From Chrysomallon squamiferum (lineage: Eukaryota; Animalia; Mollusca): a DNA stretch of 64,000 nucleotides. Positions 28,772 through 42,000 of this stretch are shown piece after piece (within the stretch, counting starts at the first letter, position 1; each line of letters begins with the position of its first letter). The position numbers were made by a program, and so were the translations under genes. Under the pieces are notes generated by a model, which worked only from the letters and a program-made list of their open reading frames with translations, had not been told where the DNA came from and made no database searches. The stretch spans positions 14,198,001 to 14,262,000 of the forward strand of contig CM022679.1 of assembly GCA_012295275.1 (NCBI GenBank). Direction: 5' to 3'.

Positions 28772-29567
28772 AAATACTGAATTGACTCAATCTGGTAACC
28801 AAGGTAACCAGTAAGAATTAGATATGAAATATGAAGAAACCATCCAAAGAAGTAAATTGCTTCCCAACCCCCCCAAAAAAAAAAAAAAAAAAAAAAAATT
28901 GAATGAATTTTTAGTAAAGTGAAAATTAAAACTCTTATATTAGTATCATTTTACATATATACATTAATTGAATCAGTGGGGAAAATGTGGAAAAAAAAGA
29001 AAAAAAAAGTAAAGTGAATTATAGATTTTAAAAATAAAGAAAAGGAAATATTAGTAATATATTTAACACAAAAAATAACAACAACAAACAAAATTTCTGA
29101 ATGCAACAGAACTGTAATAATGATTAATAAATAAATAAATAAAAAAAAATAAATAAATAAATAAATAATAAATAAAAACAACAAATAAATATTAGTTATA
29201 AAAAATTTATAAAAAAAAAAAATAGAAGAAAAAATAGTAAATAAATAATACCTTTAAGTTATAATTCAAAGAATGGGTGCAGACATAAAGATATACTACA
29301 AATAATGAAAACAATAAAAATAACCACATTGATGAATCAAAGAACAAGAATACCATTTTTCAAAAATAAAAATACAAATCTGACAAAGGCATGGTGTTTG
29401 TTTCTGCATTAGTGAAACAATCGAAGACAAAACTGATTTCCTAAGCAGACACTGTTAAGCTGCTGGGTGACACTGATGTAAGGTAACAGAATAACTGTGA
29501 TACCCACTAGCAAAATCACACTTTCTACAGCTAAGTCAGTATAAACAAAATTTAAAAAAAAAAAAAA

Positions 29568-29604
<37 letters not shown>

Positions 29605-29728
29605 TAAAAAAGAATATCGAATTATAATAGAATCATTATAATGAAGCTGAAATTTAAAAAAAAAAAAAATTAAAATGCAGCTCAAAAATTTTATTATTGA
29701 TAATGGCTGTTAGTGTTACAATAAATTT

Positions 29729-29761
<33 letters not shown>

Positions 29762-30047
29762 AAACTCACTGAAAACAAAATTTATAACGAAAAGGAAAAA
29801 ACTAATGATGAAAAAATATATAAATAAAAAAAACTAGTGAAAAATCAATACACAGACAACATATGGATATAAATTTACATAACATTCAGAATGGACATGA
29901 GAAAATCTTTACAAAACAAACTGTCAAATGTAAATATATTACTAAAAAGCATTTGTTACATTTTCACAACAGTGTCTTGCTCAGTAACAGCTACTGACAA
30001 TGAAAGTGTCAAATAATTGTTGTAAGCCTTCAAAGAACACTTCTAGG

Positions 30048-30193
30048 TGTCAGTAAGTATCTGTATATTGACAACAAAACTGACACACAAGTATCTTACT
30101 AGCTTTCACTATGAATGATGTCAGTAAGTATTTGTATTTTGATAACAAAACTGACACATAAGTATCTAACAAACTTTTACTTTAATGATGTCA
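30048..30193. repeat. 71-bp tandem duplication
   Basis: tgtcagtaagtat.tgtat.ttga.aacaaaactgacaca.aagtatct occurs twice. Confidence 0.85.
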
Positions 30194-32697
30194 CATGGAT
30201 TTTGTTTTTATTTATTTTAAGAATGAAACAAACAAAATCTTTTTCCATTTTTTTCTTTAGAAGAAAAAATTCTGTTATTTTTTGTAGTAGATTTTATGCT
30301 TTCACGTTACAAACAGAATATTTTATATCCAGTTATAACTTCAACTTCATAAGCTGTATGTAATTATCTGATTATATACAGCTAATTAAGTTGAAGTTTC
30401 ACCATCATGCTAGAATTCCTTGAAGATAATCAACCAGCTATGGCTTTAACAGTTAAAGTATATTGCAAATATATCTTGACAAGATCAAAAACAATTTTTA
30501 TTACCTTTTTTTTCAGTCTTTCTTTGAATACATACATCTGACTTTTTCCCCCCATAAGCTTCATCAAATCAAATAAGATATAATTATAAAAAAAAAAAAA
30601 AAAAAAAAGAAAAGAAAAGGACCAATATTACCAGTGACACTTTTATTTATTAAAATGCAGTGACACTGAAAACTGATATCAAATCTGGTGTAAACAACAG
30701 AGATGTATGGAGACACAAGTACAAGAACTAATAAAAGAAGCAACAAAGAAGATAATCATAACTCGTAATTTCAGTTTACAAACACAAAGCAGGTCTCACT
30801 TTTAAGTACTCGATGCCATCAAGGATAAGTTGATTTGGAAATGTGACCTGCCAAGCGGATCCACGATCAATAAGTTTGCACACAAAGTGGTGTTAACAAC
30901 ACCGGCTTTATTTGCCAGCTAAGGTACTTCACTGCGAAACGTGAACTGTCACCAACACAACTGAGAACTAATTAACGTATTGACAAACGTGGACAGAAAA
31001 ACTGCAGTTAGCTCTGACATATAAACTCTGCTACTTGGTGAAAGCAGTTTGTTAAACGTCACCTAATAATTAACTATGTGTACACTCCATGATTTGGATT
31101 GTGACAACACAATAAAATGCTTCACAGGAGAAACTAATTTTAAAATTCTGTATGTCTGCATGTCTTTTGGAGCTCTTGCATGTATGTGTATCTGTATGTC
31201 TGTATGTACGTTTATGCATGTTTGTATGTGTGCTTGTGTGTAAGTGTATTTACATGCATAGACATACATACATACACAGAGACACACATACATGTAAGAG
31301 TTATGTGTATGTCTGACTAATTTTGAAGCACAATTATTATTAATATCTTTTCCACGTCACTTTAATCAACTACGGTTATATAAAAATTTTCTTTAAGTTT
31401 GTTAAACAACCAAAAATTAATTAGTTGATAGATGTGTTCATTACCAAATCTATTAATTAATTAATTTAAAATTTTTATGCTAAATGAACAATGGACACAT
31501 CAGTATACATGTACACTCATGTAATTAGATCAGTGAATTATTCATGTTGTTGTAGTTTGCTAAATATTGGTATGTTACATGGTTTAATTTCAAGAATATA
31601 TATACATATATATATCAGAGGTCTCGCTACATAATGTAAGACATGGTGGGCCTAATGAGTTTGTTCACCGTTTGTTGTCAATGGTAGCAATATCCATCAC
31701 CCATTTATATAGTGAATTTCGTTTTGTATATTAAATCAAACAGACACTTTGATTTTATTTAATTGCTAGTAAATTGTTAATAGTTACTGCATTTGATGCA
31801 ATTATTTATAGGAGTATTTTTGACAAACATGTAATTTGAACATTGCTCAAAGTACTTGTACCCTGGACATTTTCTGTACAATCCCTTTGTTTAACTTGCA
31901 CCAATTACAAAGATCCCTGTCATCCCTTTCACAAAAGCTGGGGAGACCCAGATAAGATAAAGTTTTGTTTCATATGCTGTTCAACTATCTACAGAGAGAA
32001 AAGTAATATAATTCTAATGACAAACATTTTTAACTGGGGACAGATATTATTTTGCTTATTTTATACAGTATTCTGGATATTTATAATCTGTCTTTTGCAT
32101 TGTAAACAAAAGTCATTTTAAAATATCCAAAAAATAATAAAATATTGCATAATAATTGAATGTAAAATATATGAAACCGGATATTTTTGTTTTTCACTTT
32201 TAACATACAAAACCATATAACTGACTCAAACAAATCATCATACACACCTACTCAAAAAATAATACAATTAAAAACAATAGTTTGAAATACTTTCTTTAAA
32301 TGAAACAAATTCACTAATGCATTATACAAATATGCAAATACCAAACAGGAATCATGATATTTATCCCGTCTACTAATTCATGTGTTATCACCGATACATT
32401 CATTTATGCATTACTTCATGAAATATATATGTTAATGATTAATCGGACTGATCACTTATCTTTTGAAACATTTCATTAAGAGATTGCCGAAATTAAATAT
32501 AACCTGTCTTTTTCATCTTGTACACATCTAAAATTTTCAGACTTTTTTTTTTTTTTTTAAATGACAAAACCTGTGAATAAAATAAATGAAATGGTGAACA
32601 AGTCTGTTTTTATTTAGTTTTTTAGATGTCAGGTGCTACGTATTGAGGCTATTCGTATTCTTAATTTAAGAAAAAAAATTAATAATAATTTACTTAC

Positions 32698-32701
32698 CCA
32701 T
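32698..32701 (-). CDS. RAP1GDS1: RAP1GDS1 first coding exon (ATGG only)
   Basis: Minus strand reads gagATGG|GTAAGTA, a perfect donor beside the CpG-containing promoter. Splicing to exon 2 gives ATG GAT AAT CTT = MDNL, the recalled SmgGDS start, which is also split after ATGG in vertebrates. Confidence 0.75.
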
Positions 32702-33349
32702 CTCTTTGAGTTTCAACGAATTCAGTCATATAAATAATCATTAAATTGCATTTACTCCTCTAGAACGCCATAGGCACTGAACAATGGGAGACGGGTTCTA
32801 TGATCATAATGCAGAAAATCAATTTCTTCCTATTTCCTTCTGGGCGCTGCCATGACACCGGAAGTGTAAACTACAGGGATGCTTGTTTCCGTAAATCCTA
32901 TTTAAAATTATGTCATTGAAATAAATGGATTAGAATGTCATGCATAAAATATCTGCTTATACGTGCAAAAAGAAAGTAATATATAACAAATTATACATGT
33001 CAGCGTGGTTATATTTATTTTGATTTGAACAAAGATATACCGGCAGAATTTATGACAGGTGAGCGATCTGATTTTAGAAATTAATGAATTCTCCCGATTC
33101 TATATTGGGGTTCGTATGGAAAATGCGACTCAATTTCTAATGCGGTTGAGGGAATATAAAATCAAGAATAACTTTGTTTTATTTAACTTGGTGGCTATTT
33201 CTCCGCGGGATTTGTATCAGAAATGGAAGTGGAGCAAATAAATTATTGATAAATTAAAAATACCTTTGGCAAAAAACTTTTGAAGTTTCATTTTCGATGA
33301 CGTCCTTTAGCAGTTCTTCGGAGTACTTGATGGCGGTTTCGGTCAAAAC
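32702..33349. promoter_or_regulatory. Bidirectional promoter/5'UTR region between RAP1GDS1 (-) and the PDZ gene (+)
   Basis: Divergent start codons ~650 bp apart. CpG is visibly retained against a CpG-poor background. Contains ACCGGAAGTG (ETS) and YY1-like GCCAT/ATGGCGG motifs. Confidence 0.7.
32857..32866 (+). promoter_or_regulatory. ETS/GABPA-type consensus site ACCGGAAGTG
   Basis: Exact 10-bp consensus ~155 bp upstream of the RAP1GDS1 ATG; this motif is typical of bidirectional housekeeping promoters. Confidence 0.5.
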
Positions 33350-33445
33350 ATGAGTTCCTTCTCTGTGGTTTTAAAAGGTGGTCCGCCCTGGGGATTTAGG
33401 ATTCAGGGCGGCAGGGAATTTGAAGAACCCCTAAAGATAGCCAAG
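33350..33445 (+). CDS. First coding exon of an N-terminal PDZ-domain protein (PDLIM/Enigma/Zasp- or synaptopodin-2-like)
   Basis: 96 nt from aacATG to AAG|GTAAGT encode MSSFSVVLKGGPPWGFRIQGGREFEEPLKIAK. This has the PWGFR(L/I)xGG signature and the same phase-0 intron position as PDLIM5/7, LDB3 and SYNPO2. In-frame TAG upstream at 33308. The exact paralogue cannot be assigned from one exon. Confidence 0.9.
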
Positions 33446-34270
33446 GTAAGTTTTTGTGTTATTTTCAAAATATGTGTTATTGCGTTTAAATGAGCAAAGA
33501 ACTAGCAGCACAACTTTGAAGTTACTGTCCTGTACAGATTGATCTGTCAAAAACTGCAGAGGCCCACATAGGGTTGAAGCACGTACATTACACCCACAGT
33601 GATCTAAGAAATGCCTAGAATTATAATCTTTTACATTAACCTGATATTAAAAAATCTTTATTATGTATCCCCATTTGATATAATTTAATTTTAAATACCT
33701 AAAGAAATATACACTAGTTGTATAAGTATTATTTTCAAACCAGTCAGAATACAGCTAAAGAAAGAACTAAGAATTTCTCCAAAACTAATACAAATAAATA
33801 AATAAATAAAATATTTCAGCTTATACAAATTATGTTGTGAAATACAACAGTCTGTCGTTTTTCTCTTTAAATTAATAATTTGTTACCTACACACCAGTTG
33901 AAGAAAAACATGCAGGAAGGGATCTGGAAGCTGTAATCTTCTTCTTACAGCAGCAGACTGTGTTTTTAAAAATGTATTTGCCAGAGAAGTGTAACTGAAA
34001 ACCCCCTTAGAATCATCATTCACTAGTTAAGATCATCACCCAAAGCAAAATATGTTCAGCACTTCCTCATTATTTCTAGTTTTCTATTCGTGCAAAACAA
34101 AAAATAGAATTAATTAAGTGAAAAGTGAAAATATTTAAAGAGAAATTTTTATAAAATAAAATAAAATAAAATAAATGATAATAAAACAAAACAAAATAAA
34201 TTAAAATAAAATAACATAAAATAAAATAAGTAATAAAACAACAGCAGAGAAGCCAAATCCATTAATATAT

Positions 34271-34307
<37 letters not shown>

Positions 34308-34596
34308 AAGTTTTCATATATAAATAGAACATTGCTAGGTTAATAAATAATAATTTAAACCAAAAAAAAAATGCATTTTCATCAAGATTTAAATGCATAT
34401 CTTATTTCCTTCTGGGGCATGATAAAGACTTGATAGTTGACTTCTTTTATATTGTGGAATGTGGTAATAACTGTTGCAAACAACTTTGAAGTGTCATTAA
34501 TACTTCCAGTGGGTAAATCAGATTTATACACAGTCACGGCAGATAGGTGCATTGCTTGTGTGATGATATATATATATGTAAATCCCCAGAAATATC

Positions 34597-34661
<65 letters not shown>

Positions 34662-35274
34662 AATAATAAAATAATAATAATAAATAAATAATTAATGTAG
34701 TACTTGTTTTATAATTTATGAAAAGTAACTTAAGAAGCAAGAATAAAATTGTCTGTATGCAAACAAGCAGTTTGAGATTATGAATAATTTTATGTCAGTC
34801 AAAAACCAAGCCTGTGTATTAAGTAGTAAACTCATTTGAACACACACACACACACACATTCACATGCATGATGGTATTAAAAAGTCTGTAATATATCACT
34901 GGTTGTTTGTTTAAGTATTATTTGGGTTTTTAATATACACATACTTGTGCATGTTTATGCATACATACTTGTAAGCATAAACACACACAAACATGCCCAA
35001 TCTTAGATCAGTTTGGACATAACTTGTATACATGCAGTGAACAAAGACAAAACTGTGTTTTGATATGAACATACAAACACATACACCCATTTTTTAATAC
35101 ATGCATATTCTAGTTTCTACAATACATATGTAAACCCCCCAAACCCCCCCACACACACACACACACACACACACAAACATACACACACATACACACACAT
35201 ACACACACACAGAAAGCAAGATATAAATATATACTAGAAACGTTGTTTGTTTAAGCACTCTGGATTATTATGTG

Positions 35275-35280
<6 letters not shown>

Positions 35281-35333
<53 letters not shown>
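35281..35333. repeat. (AT)n microsatellite
   Basis: Direct reading. Confidence 0.95.
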
Positions 35334-35336
<3 letters not shown>

Positions 35337-35673
35337 AATCAATTAGTCAAGTTGGTTTGATCAGTAAAGAGAAAAGTGGGACATGTCATACATTCCAAAC
35401 TCACCAAGGACTGAAAGTCAGGCACGCAATTGTATGAAAACATTACCTGAATTTTAACACTGTGAACTTTCAAGAAAGTAACCCTGAAGTAGAATGTTAT
35501 TAATACAGTGTATAACAAAATTATCATATAGGTTAGAGATTCAGGCACATGTAACACTGTATAACATTGTTTTAATAATACTTAATTTTAAAAAATCAAT
35601 GTATTGTACACATAAAAACTGTTTTAAATTTAATATATGTATATATGTAAGTTGAGTTTACAATATAATAAAT

Positions 35674-35707
<34 letters not shown>

Positions 35708-37168
35708 ACATATTTAGAACCAAACATTGATCTGAATTAAAAGTTAATACAATGAAGCACATGCATTATTATTATGTTAACTTGCGGATTAAATGATTAG
35801 GATTAATAAGATTATCATGTAATACATTTTGTTAGTTTTTTATATATATTTATATTCAGAAAATGCAAAGTAATTTTTCCAATAATTTCATAAAGGATTG
35901 ATTATTATTATTATTATAATTTAAAATTTGTTTTGAAAAAGACGTTTAAGACTTCATTACTCTTACTACCACTTCTATTAATATTATGTGTTTGAAAAAA
36001 TTTTTTGAATTACAATTTATTTTCCAAAATGCTGATCATAAGTTGGTGCTTCCAAAAATAACTATTTTTGTGAAAGGCATTATATGTGTGTGTGTGTGTG
36101 TGTGTGTGTCTGTGTATGTGTTTTTATATATGCGGGTATGTGTGTATGTATGTGCATGTGTATGTGTATGTGTATGTATGCGAGTGTGCATATGTGTGTA
36201 TCTGTAATTTGCTATTTGATACTGAAAATTTAAAATTCCATTATTCAGTTTACACATGTAATAGGCTCTAGCTAATACATTATACCTGTATGTACAGTGT
36301 CAGTGATTATACTGTTGAGGTGTATTGGTGAGTTGTACCTGTAGAAGATAATTAATCATGTCTGAGGTAACTACAGGTAACAAACAAACTAACTGGACTA
36401 ATTTCATAGCGTCTCTGGTATTACACTATCTCTGTACAATCTATACCCTGTCATTAACTACCCATTTTGTGTTCACAATTTTTTTCTTGTTCTTCTTCAC
36501 CTCTTTGTGTCCAATGATCATATCTATTACTCCATCAACATAAATATTAGCTCAATTATTGTATGGGTGGACCATTGATATTAATTTAATCTTTCTGTCA
36601 TATAGACATACCATCTATCTATCTATCTATCTATCTATCTATATATATACATAAGTTAAGTTTTCTAAGTTAAGCCATTAATAAAAAAATTATTAATATA
36701 ATTGTTCTTTGATTTGAATAACCAATACAGTTATGAACGTGATTGTTCTGAGGTCAGTGTAAATATTAATTTAGTGTTTCCGAGTCTTATCTGAACAGTT
36801 TTATATCCATTAATTATCGAGTGTCAGCCGGTTTCATCCGTCTAAGTCAGTGTGTGTTTAATGAACTAGAGTGTGTAATTACTGAAGCCAGGCCTATCGT
36901 TAGCATCATTAATTTCATGTATTTCTTGTTTTCACACTCAGTAATGTTTGTCTTGTCAGCAGAAACAGGAGCAGGAGTGGCTCAGTGGTTAGAGCTGTTG
37001 TCTTAGGCTTCGTTAATTGTACCTCCAACCTCAGAGCTGTGTAATATCCATTTGATTGTTTTCCTATTCCGACTATAGTTACAATGGGATGTTGTTCATC
37101 ACAGTAGCTAATACTTTTTTTTCTGTCTTTGGAATTGTTCTTGTAAATGACCCTTTGCTGAAGATTGT

Positions 37169-37171
<3 letters not shown>

Positions 37172-37236
<65 letters not shown>
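37172..37236. repeat. (TC)n microsatellite
   Basis: Direct reading. Confidence 0.95.
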
Positions 37237-37238
<2 letters not shown>

Positions 37239-38029
37239 GTCTAATAGAATAATGCAGTGGCTTCTTCAGAATATATCTTTTGGATTAAGAAATAATTTGA
37301 CAGCTTTATGAATTAATCAGTGTATTTTGTGCTTTTGTTAAACAAATTAAACATTGTAACATGTTTTCTTCCAGGCTTTTTTATGAAAAGTGTAAATACT
37401 TTTAAATATGCATTTAATTAAAAAAATAAAAATAAAATAATAAAAATTTCAAAATAAATAAACTTAAAAAAATAAATAATTTTGATCCTAATTTAATTGA
37501 AATCAATTTAACACTATATAATTCATCTATTACAAAAGCTTATTTGTATTAATGATTTTTAGCACATTATCATATAAATACATTAATGCACAAATACATT
37601 CACACACACATACATACATGCACATAAAGATACAAATATGTAATACAATTTTTTTGTCAAGTAAATATTTTTACTTGATGTTTGGCAGTGTGTATATCTG
37701 TTTTTACCTAACACTTGTCTGATATTTATATATATTCTACTGTGTTTCTCACATTACAAACCTCTTCACACGAATGTATATTTATACATGCATTTGTTAA
37801 CATTAACACTAGCGATACTCAGTACTACTTTTTTTTTGGAGTCAGTTAAAACACTCAAAGGTGCTTCTGTCTAGAATAAAACCTCAATTTCCTGATCTTT
37901 AAGGTAATGTTGGTCACATGACTTCAAATTGGACATATTTATTGCACGTCTCAGGTTGTAAAATGTGATAAGTGGGAACTAGATCCATCATATCTTCACC
38001 CAACAGCCCATCTGGCCCTGCTAACACAT

Positions 38030-39265
38030 GTAAGACTGACCCAGCCACACGGTAACACCATTCCCTGTCAGGCATTGGGTATGAAAAGTATCGCACACGT
38101 GTAATACACGAACACTGACTCACCAAGCATTGTAACTTGTCTGATATGGGTATTAGCTGTTATTATTTCACACAACTTTTAAAATAAATTTTATAAACAT
38201 TAACTGCACTGTTTGTTTTGGGGTATAAGATGTAAAATACACATTTAATTTGTGAAGCATTACACTGGTCAGATATTGGGTTTTAGAAGTGCCTAATTTA
38301 AGTAAAATGAAAAAAAAAAAAAAAAAGAAATTGTGAAGACTAACAAAGACAATAAGGTAACAAATTTCCATGTCAAATATTGTATATATGATAAACTTGA
38401 CACAAGTAAACATTCTTTTTTTTTAAAATGTTATAAAGAGTGACCTATCCAGAATAGTAAACTGTGTTTTTCTCCCATGTGAGATGTTGGATATAAAAAG
38501 TATCTTGACGTGCATATAAAATATACAAAAGACTAAGCCAGCATCTTGGCTATTTTCCCTGACAGATGTTAGGTATTGGAAATATCTCCTGTAGGTAAAA
38601 CAAAGCCATAATTAATAAATGATCTTGCCAGAATGCATGTTTCCACTGTCAGATGATTGATTTTAGAAGTGAAATATAATCATATCTAATATTCAAATAG
38701 TGTTGATCCAGTATGGTAGCTACTACTACTCATGTAAGAAATATTGTACATAAAATATTTCATACACAGAATGCACAAAAACTGACCCATGTGTAATATA
38801 TGAAAACTGACCACATTGTTCTATATGAGATGTTGAGTATTGAAATAAGCAAAATAGAAAGACTGTAGGATAACTGTTTTCTTATCAGATGTTAGTTATT
38901 AGAAGTATCTTACATTTAGAATATACAGATACTAACCTATCCAGATGTTGGATATTAGAAGTATCTTACCAGTTAATACAAGACTGACCCTATCAGCATC
39001 TTATCTGATTCCCTTTCCATGTTGGGTATTAGAAGTATATATATATGGAATATACAAATACTGACCTACTCAGATGTTGGGTATTAGAAGTATCTTACAT
39101 GCAAGACTGACCCCGCTAACATTATATCTTTTTCCCTTTCATATGTTGGGTATTAGAAATATTTCACCTATGGTATATGCAGATACTAACCCAGCCAGAT
39201 GTATCTTACATATGGAATACACAGATACTGTATCAGCAGTATACTGTGTATTAGAAGCATTTCAT
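38030..39265. repeat. Degenerate tandem array (~60-80-bp units)
   Basis: Recurrent cagatgttgggtattagaagtatcttaca..aagactgacccagccagcat. Best preserved at 38880-39240; more diverged copies reach back to 38030. Confidence 0.75.
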
Positions 39266-39269
39266 GCAG

Positions 39270-39306
<37 letters not shown>

Positions 39307-40770
39307 CTCAGCATTCAGTCCTTAAAATGTGCACATTCCTTTTTCTGCTGACATTTGTGTCTGGGTGATCTCATTTCACCGATTTCTTTTTGATTCTGCA
39401 GGTGATGCATTTCTGATAAACCAGATCACCTTTCAGCTGTGCTTTACTGTGGATCATTTATGGCTATTTTTATATAATGCATCAAGCATGTTGACTCATT
39501 CAAGACTAGGTTTTTAAAAAAATATTAATTTTTAATTTTTTTTTTTTTTATCTTGCATGTTGAACACCTGGTATTGCACACAGCATGTAAGAACCATCTG
39601 AAATATCCTCATTCCAGACATTTTATTGTCACATGACGTCATAGCAGAGATACACTGCTGAAAATTGCCTTTTATTCAGTGTTTAGAACCTGCTTATAAT
39701 AATTTATGTGTGTGTAAATATAGATATATTTGCATATGTATCTATATATGTGTGTGTTTATATATATATATATATAGGTACATTGCTATGTATAAGCATA
39801 TATATATGTGTGTGTGTGTGTGTATGTTTGTATGTATGTAATTAAATATAAAAGTATAAACATTTACACACTAGCTCTTAAAGAAACCTCACATGTGGTC
39901 AAAATGTTACCAAGAAGTACTGAAACAAACTTTATGCTCTGTTAAATGTGATGTCTAAAAAAAAAAAAAAAAAAAAAAATCAGTTCCTACCACACTTTAA
40001 AAACACTACAGCAGTTCTGCCTTGGAGACTGCCTGAATAACTGCTGAAGTCTTTTTTCCTATCAACCACACTGCAGGTGCTCAGTGCTTTGTGTTTCTGT
40101 AGCAATGAGCTGTTGATTGCAGCTTGCATGTACATTTGAATTCTGATCACAAAACTGTATAGCTGTTTATGTAAAAACAGTTGGTATATATTCCATACAA
40201 TGATGATGATGATGATGGTGATGATTGCTGTTTCTTTATTAATGTCTGGCAGAGAACCAAACTTGCTAGTCTGTGTTCATGTAGAGGGTATCATGTTTGT
40301 GTTAAAAAAACTGATGTATACATTTAGTTAACTGCGTAATTCATTTTAGCAGAGATTTTGGAAAAAAAAGAAATCTGACATTTTGTACAGACCTCTGAAT
40401 GAATGAATGATTAAAGCCAGTTTGATACGTTTTAGTGTTGATTTTTATTAGGTGTCGATGAAACAGTTTTTATGTAATTGTTTTTTAATTAAAAAAACTT
40501 GCTATTGCCATTGCTTCATTAATTCTTTATTAGCTTTTAGTTAAGGTTCTTATTTGTTATTTGTTATAGACAACATAGCCTATACCATGCCTGCAGATTA
40601 ACTTATTGAGAACACTAGTTGGAATGGTAAATAATCTAAGCAGTGCACTGAGGAATACTGATCTTGTGACTATCATATCATAGGCCAGTTCTCTGCCACA
40701 TGTTTGTTTACTGTTTATGTACTTATATACTTATGTATGTATGTATGTATGTATGTATGTATATGTGTTT

Positions 40771-40813
<43 letters not shown>

Positions 40814-41744
40814 ATAGCCACATATCTGTGCTGAAGACTTTTCTGACCACATGGTAAGGTACTGCAGTAGTATCTATAATGTGTGCATGATTTTCCCAGC
40901 CAGTCACCTCTCGGTGTGTCTGAGGTGAATGACTGCGTGGACATGGTCACCCATCCAAGAAGAAGCCAAGTAGCTGGTTGCTTAACTGGCACACAAAGAG
41001 GAGCAGTGTTTTCATCGTAATATGTCAGATCAGAAAGTCCCTTTACACTCACCGAACCATTCCATGTACGTGAATGGGAAAAAATGTCTTTGTGTTGGAG
41101 AAAGGTTTTCAGGTTGTTATTATACACCCCTGCAGCATTTAATATCTCGAAACTGCTGTGATCATTATTAAAGTTATGTGGGAGAGAAAAAAAACTGAAG
41201 CGGGTAATAGTTGCAGTTTCAATATGCTTAGAGGAGTAATTTTTTGGGTGTTATTTTAACAAGGGACTGGGTCAGAGGTTTATGGCACAGATTTATACAT
41301 ATATATTTATTTATTTATTTAAGAAAAAATATATTTAAAGAAAGTCACTCTGGTTAAAATGTTGCCTTTATTGGAACCCCACTTGAAGACACATTAAAAA
41401 TGTTTCTCTTCACTTTAATACTTTGTATTTTATAATGTGTTAAGTGTATTAAAGAAAAAAAAATCAGGTGTATATTACAGGTGTAACTGTTTAGAATGAA
41501 TACACTGTATTAATGCTGATGGTACTAACTTTATATGAGTCACTTTAATTCATTTTTGATAAGGATATATTTCAAATATATAGCTTATCTATTTGGTTCT
41601 GACTTAAGACAGATAAGTCAATAAAAATAAAAATAAAGAAAAGGAAAGCCAGCACATTAGAGAAAATCTGCCATGAAGATTGAATACTATAGCCTAAAAG
41701 CTAAAGTATTTACATGAACTGAATATTACAGTAAGAAATCAAAA

Positions 41745-42000
41745 CAGACTGGTAGACTGGATATTACTGTAAAAAAGTGAAATAGAAATTAAATTTTGTA
41801 GATTTTATAGTGCAACCTCAGAGTCAAATGGAAACTGTAGACTGGATATTACCACAAAGTCAAGTAGAGATCTTGGATGCTGTAGTTACCAAGACAAACT
41901 TGTTGAAGTTTTGTAGACTGGATGTGGCAGCCAGAGAGTAAAGTGAAAGCTTTGCAGGCTGGGTATTGCAGCAGGAAACCCAGCTCTATATTTTGGATAC
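41745..42000. repeat. Degenerate ~40-bp tandem repeat
   Basis: Recurrent tgtagactggatatt-like core. Confidence 0.5.

Noticed and set aside
33059-33241. 60-aa ORF in the promoter region
   Set aside because: It starts at GTG of a probable splice donor, has no recognisable homology, and is more simply 5'UTR intron sequence.
36332-36384. Inverted repeat ttgtacctgtag..ctacaggtaacaa
   Set aside because: Only a ~12-bp stem with a 26-nt loop; too weak for a pre-miRNA or MITE call.
36974-37040. tRNA-like start ggagtggctcagtggttagagc
   Set aside because: A-box only, with no T-loop/B-box or cloverleaf; most likely a SINE head remnant.
37914-38126. 70-aa minus-strand ORF and plus-strand frame VVKCDKWELDPS..
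   Set aside because: Neither resembles the second PDZ exon or any family I recognise.
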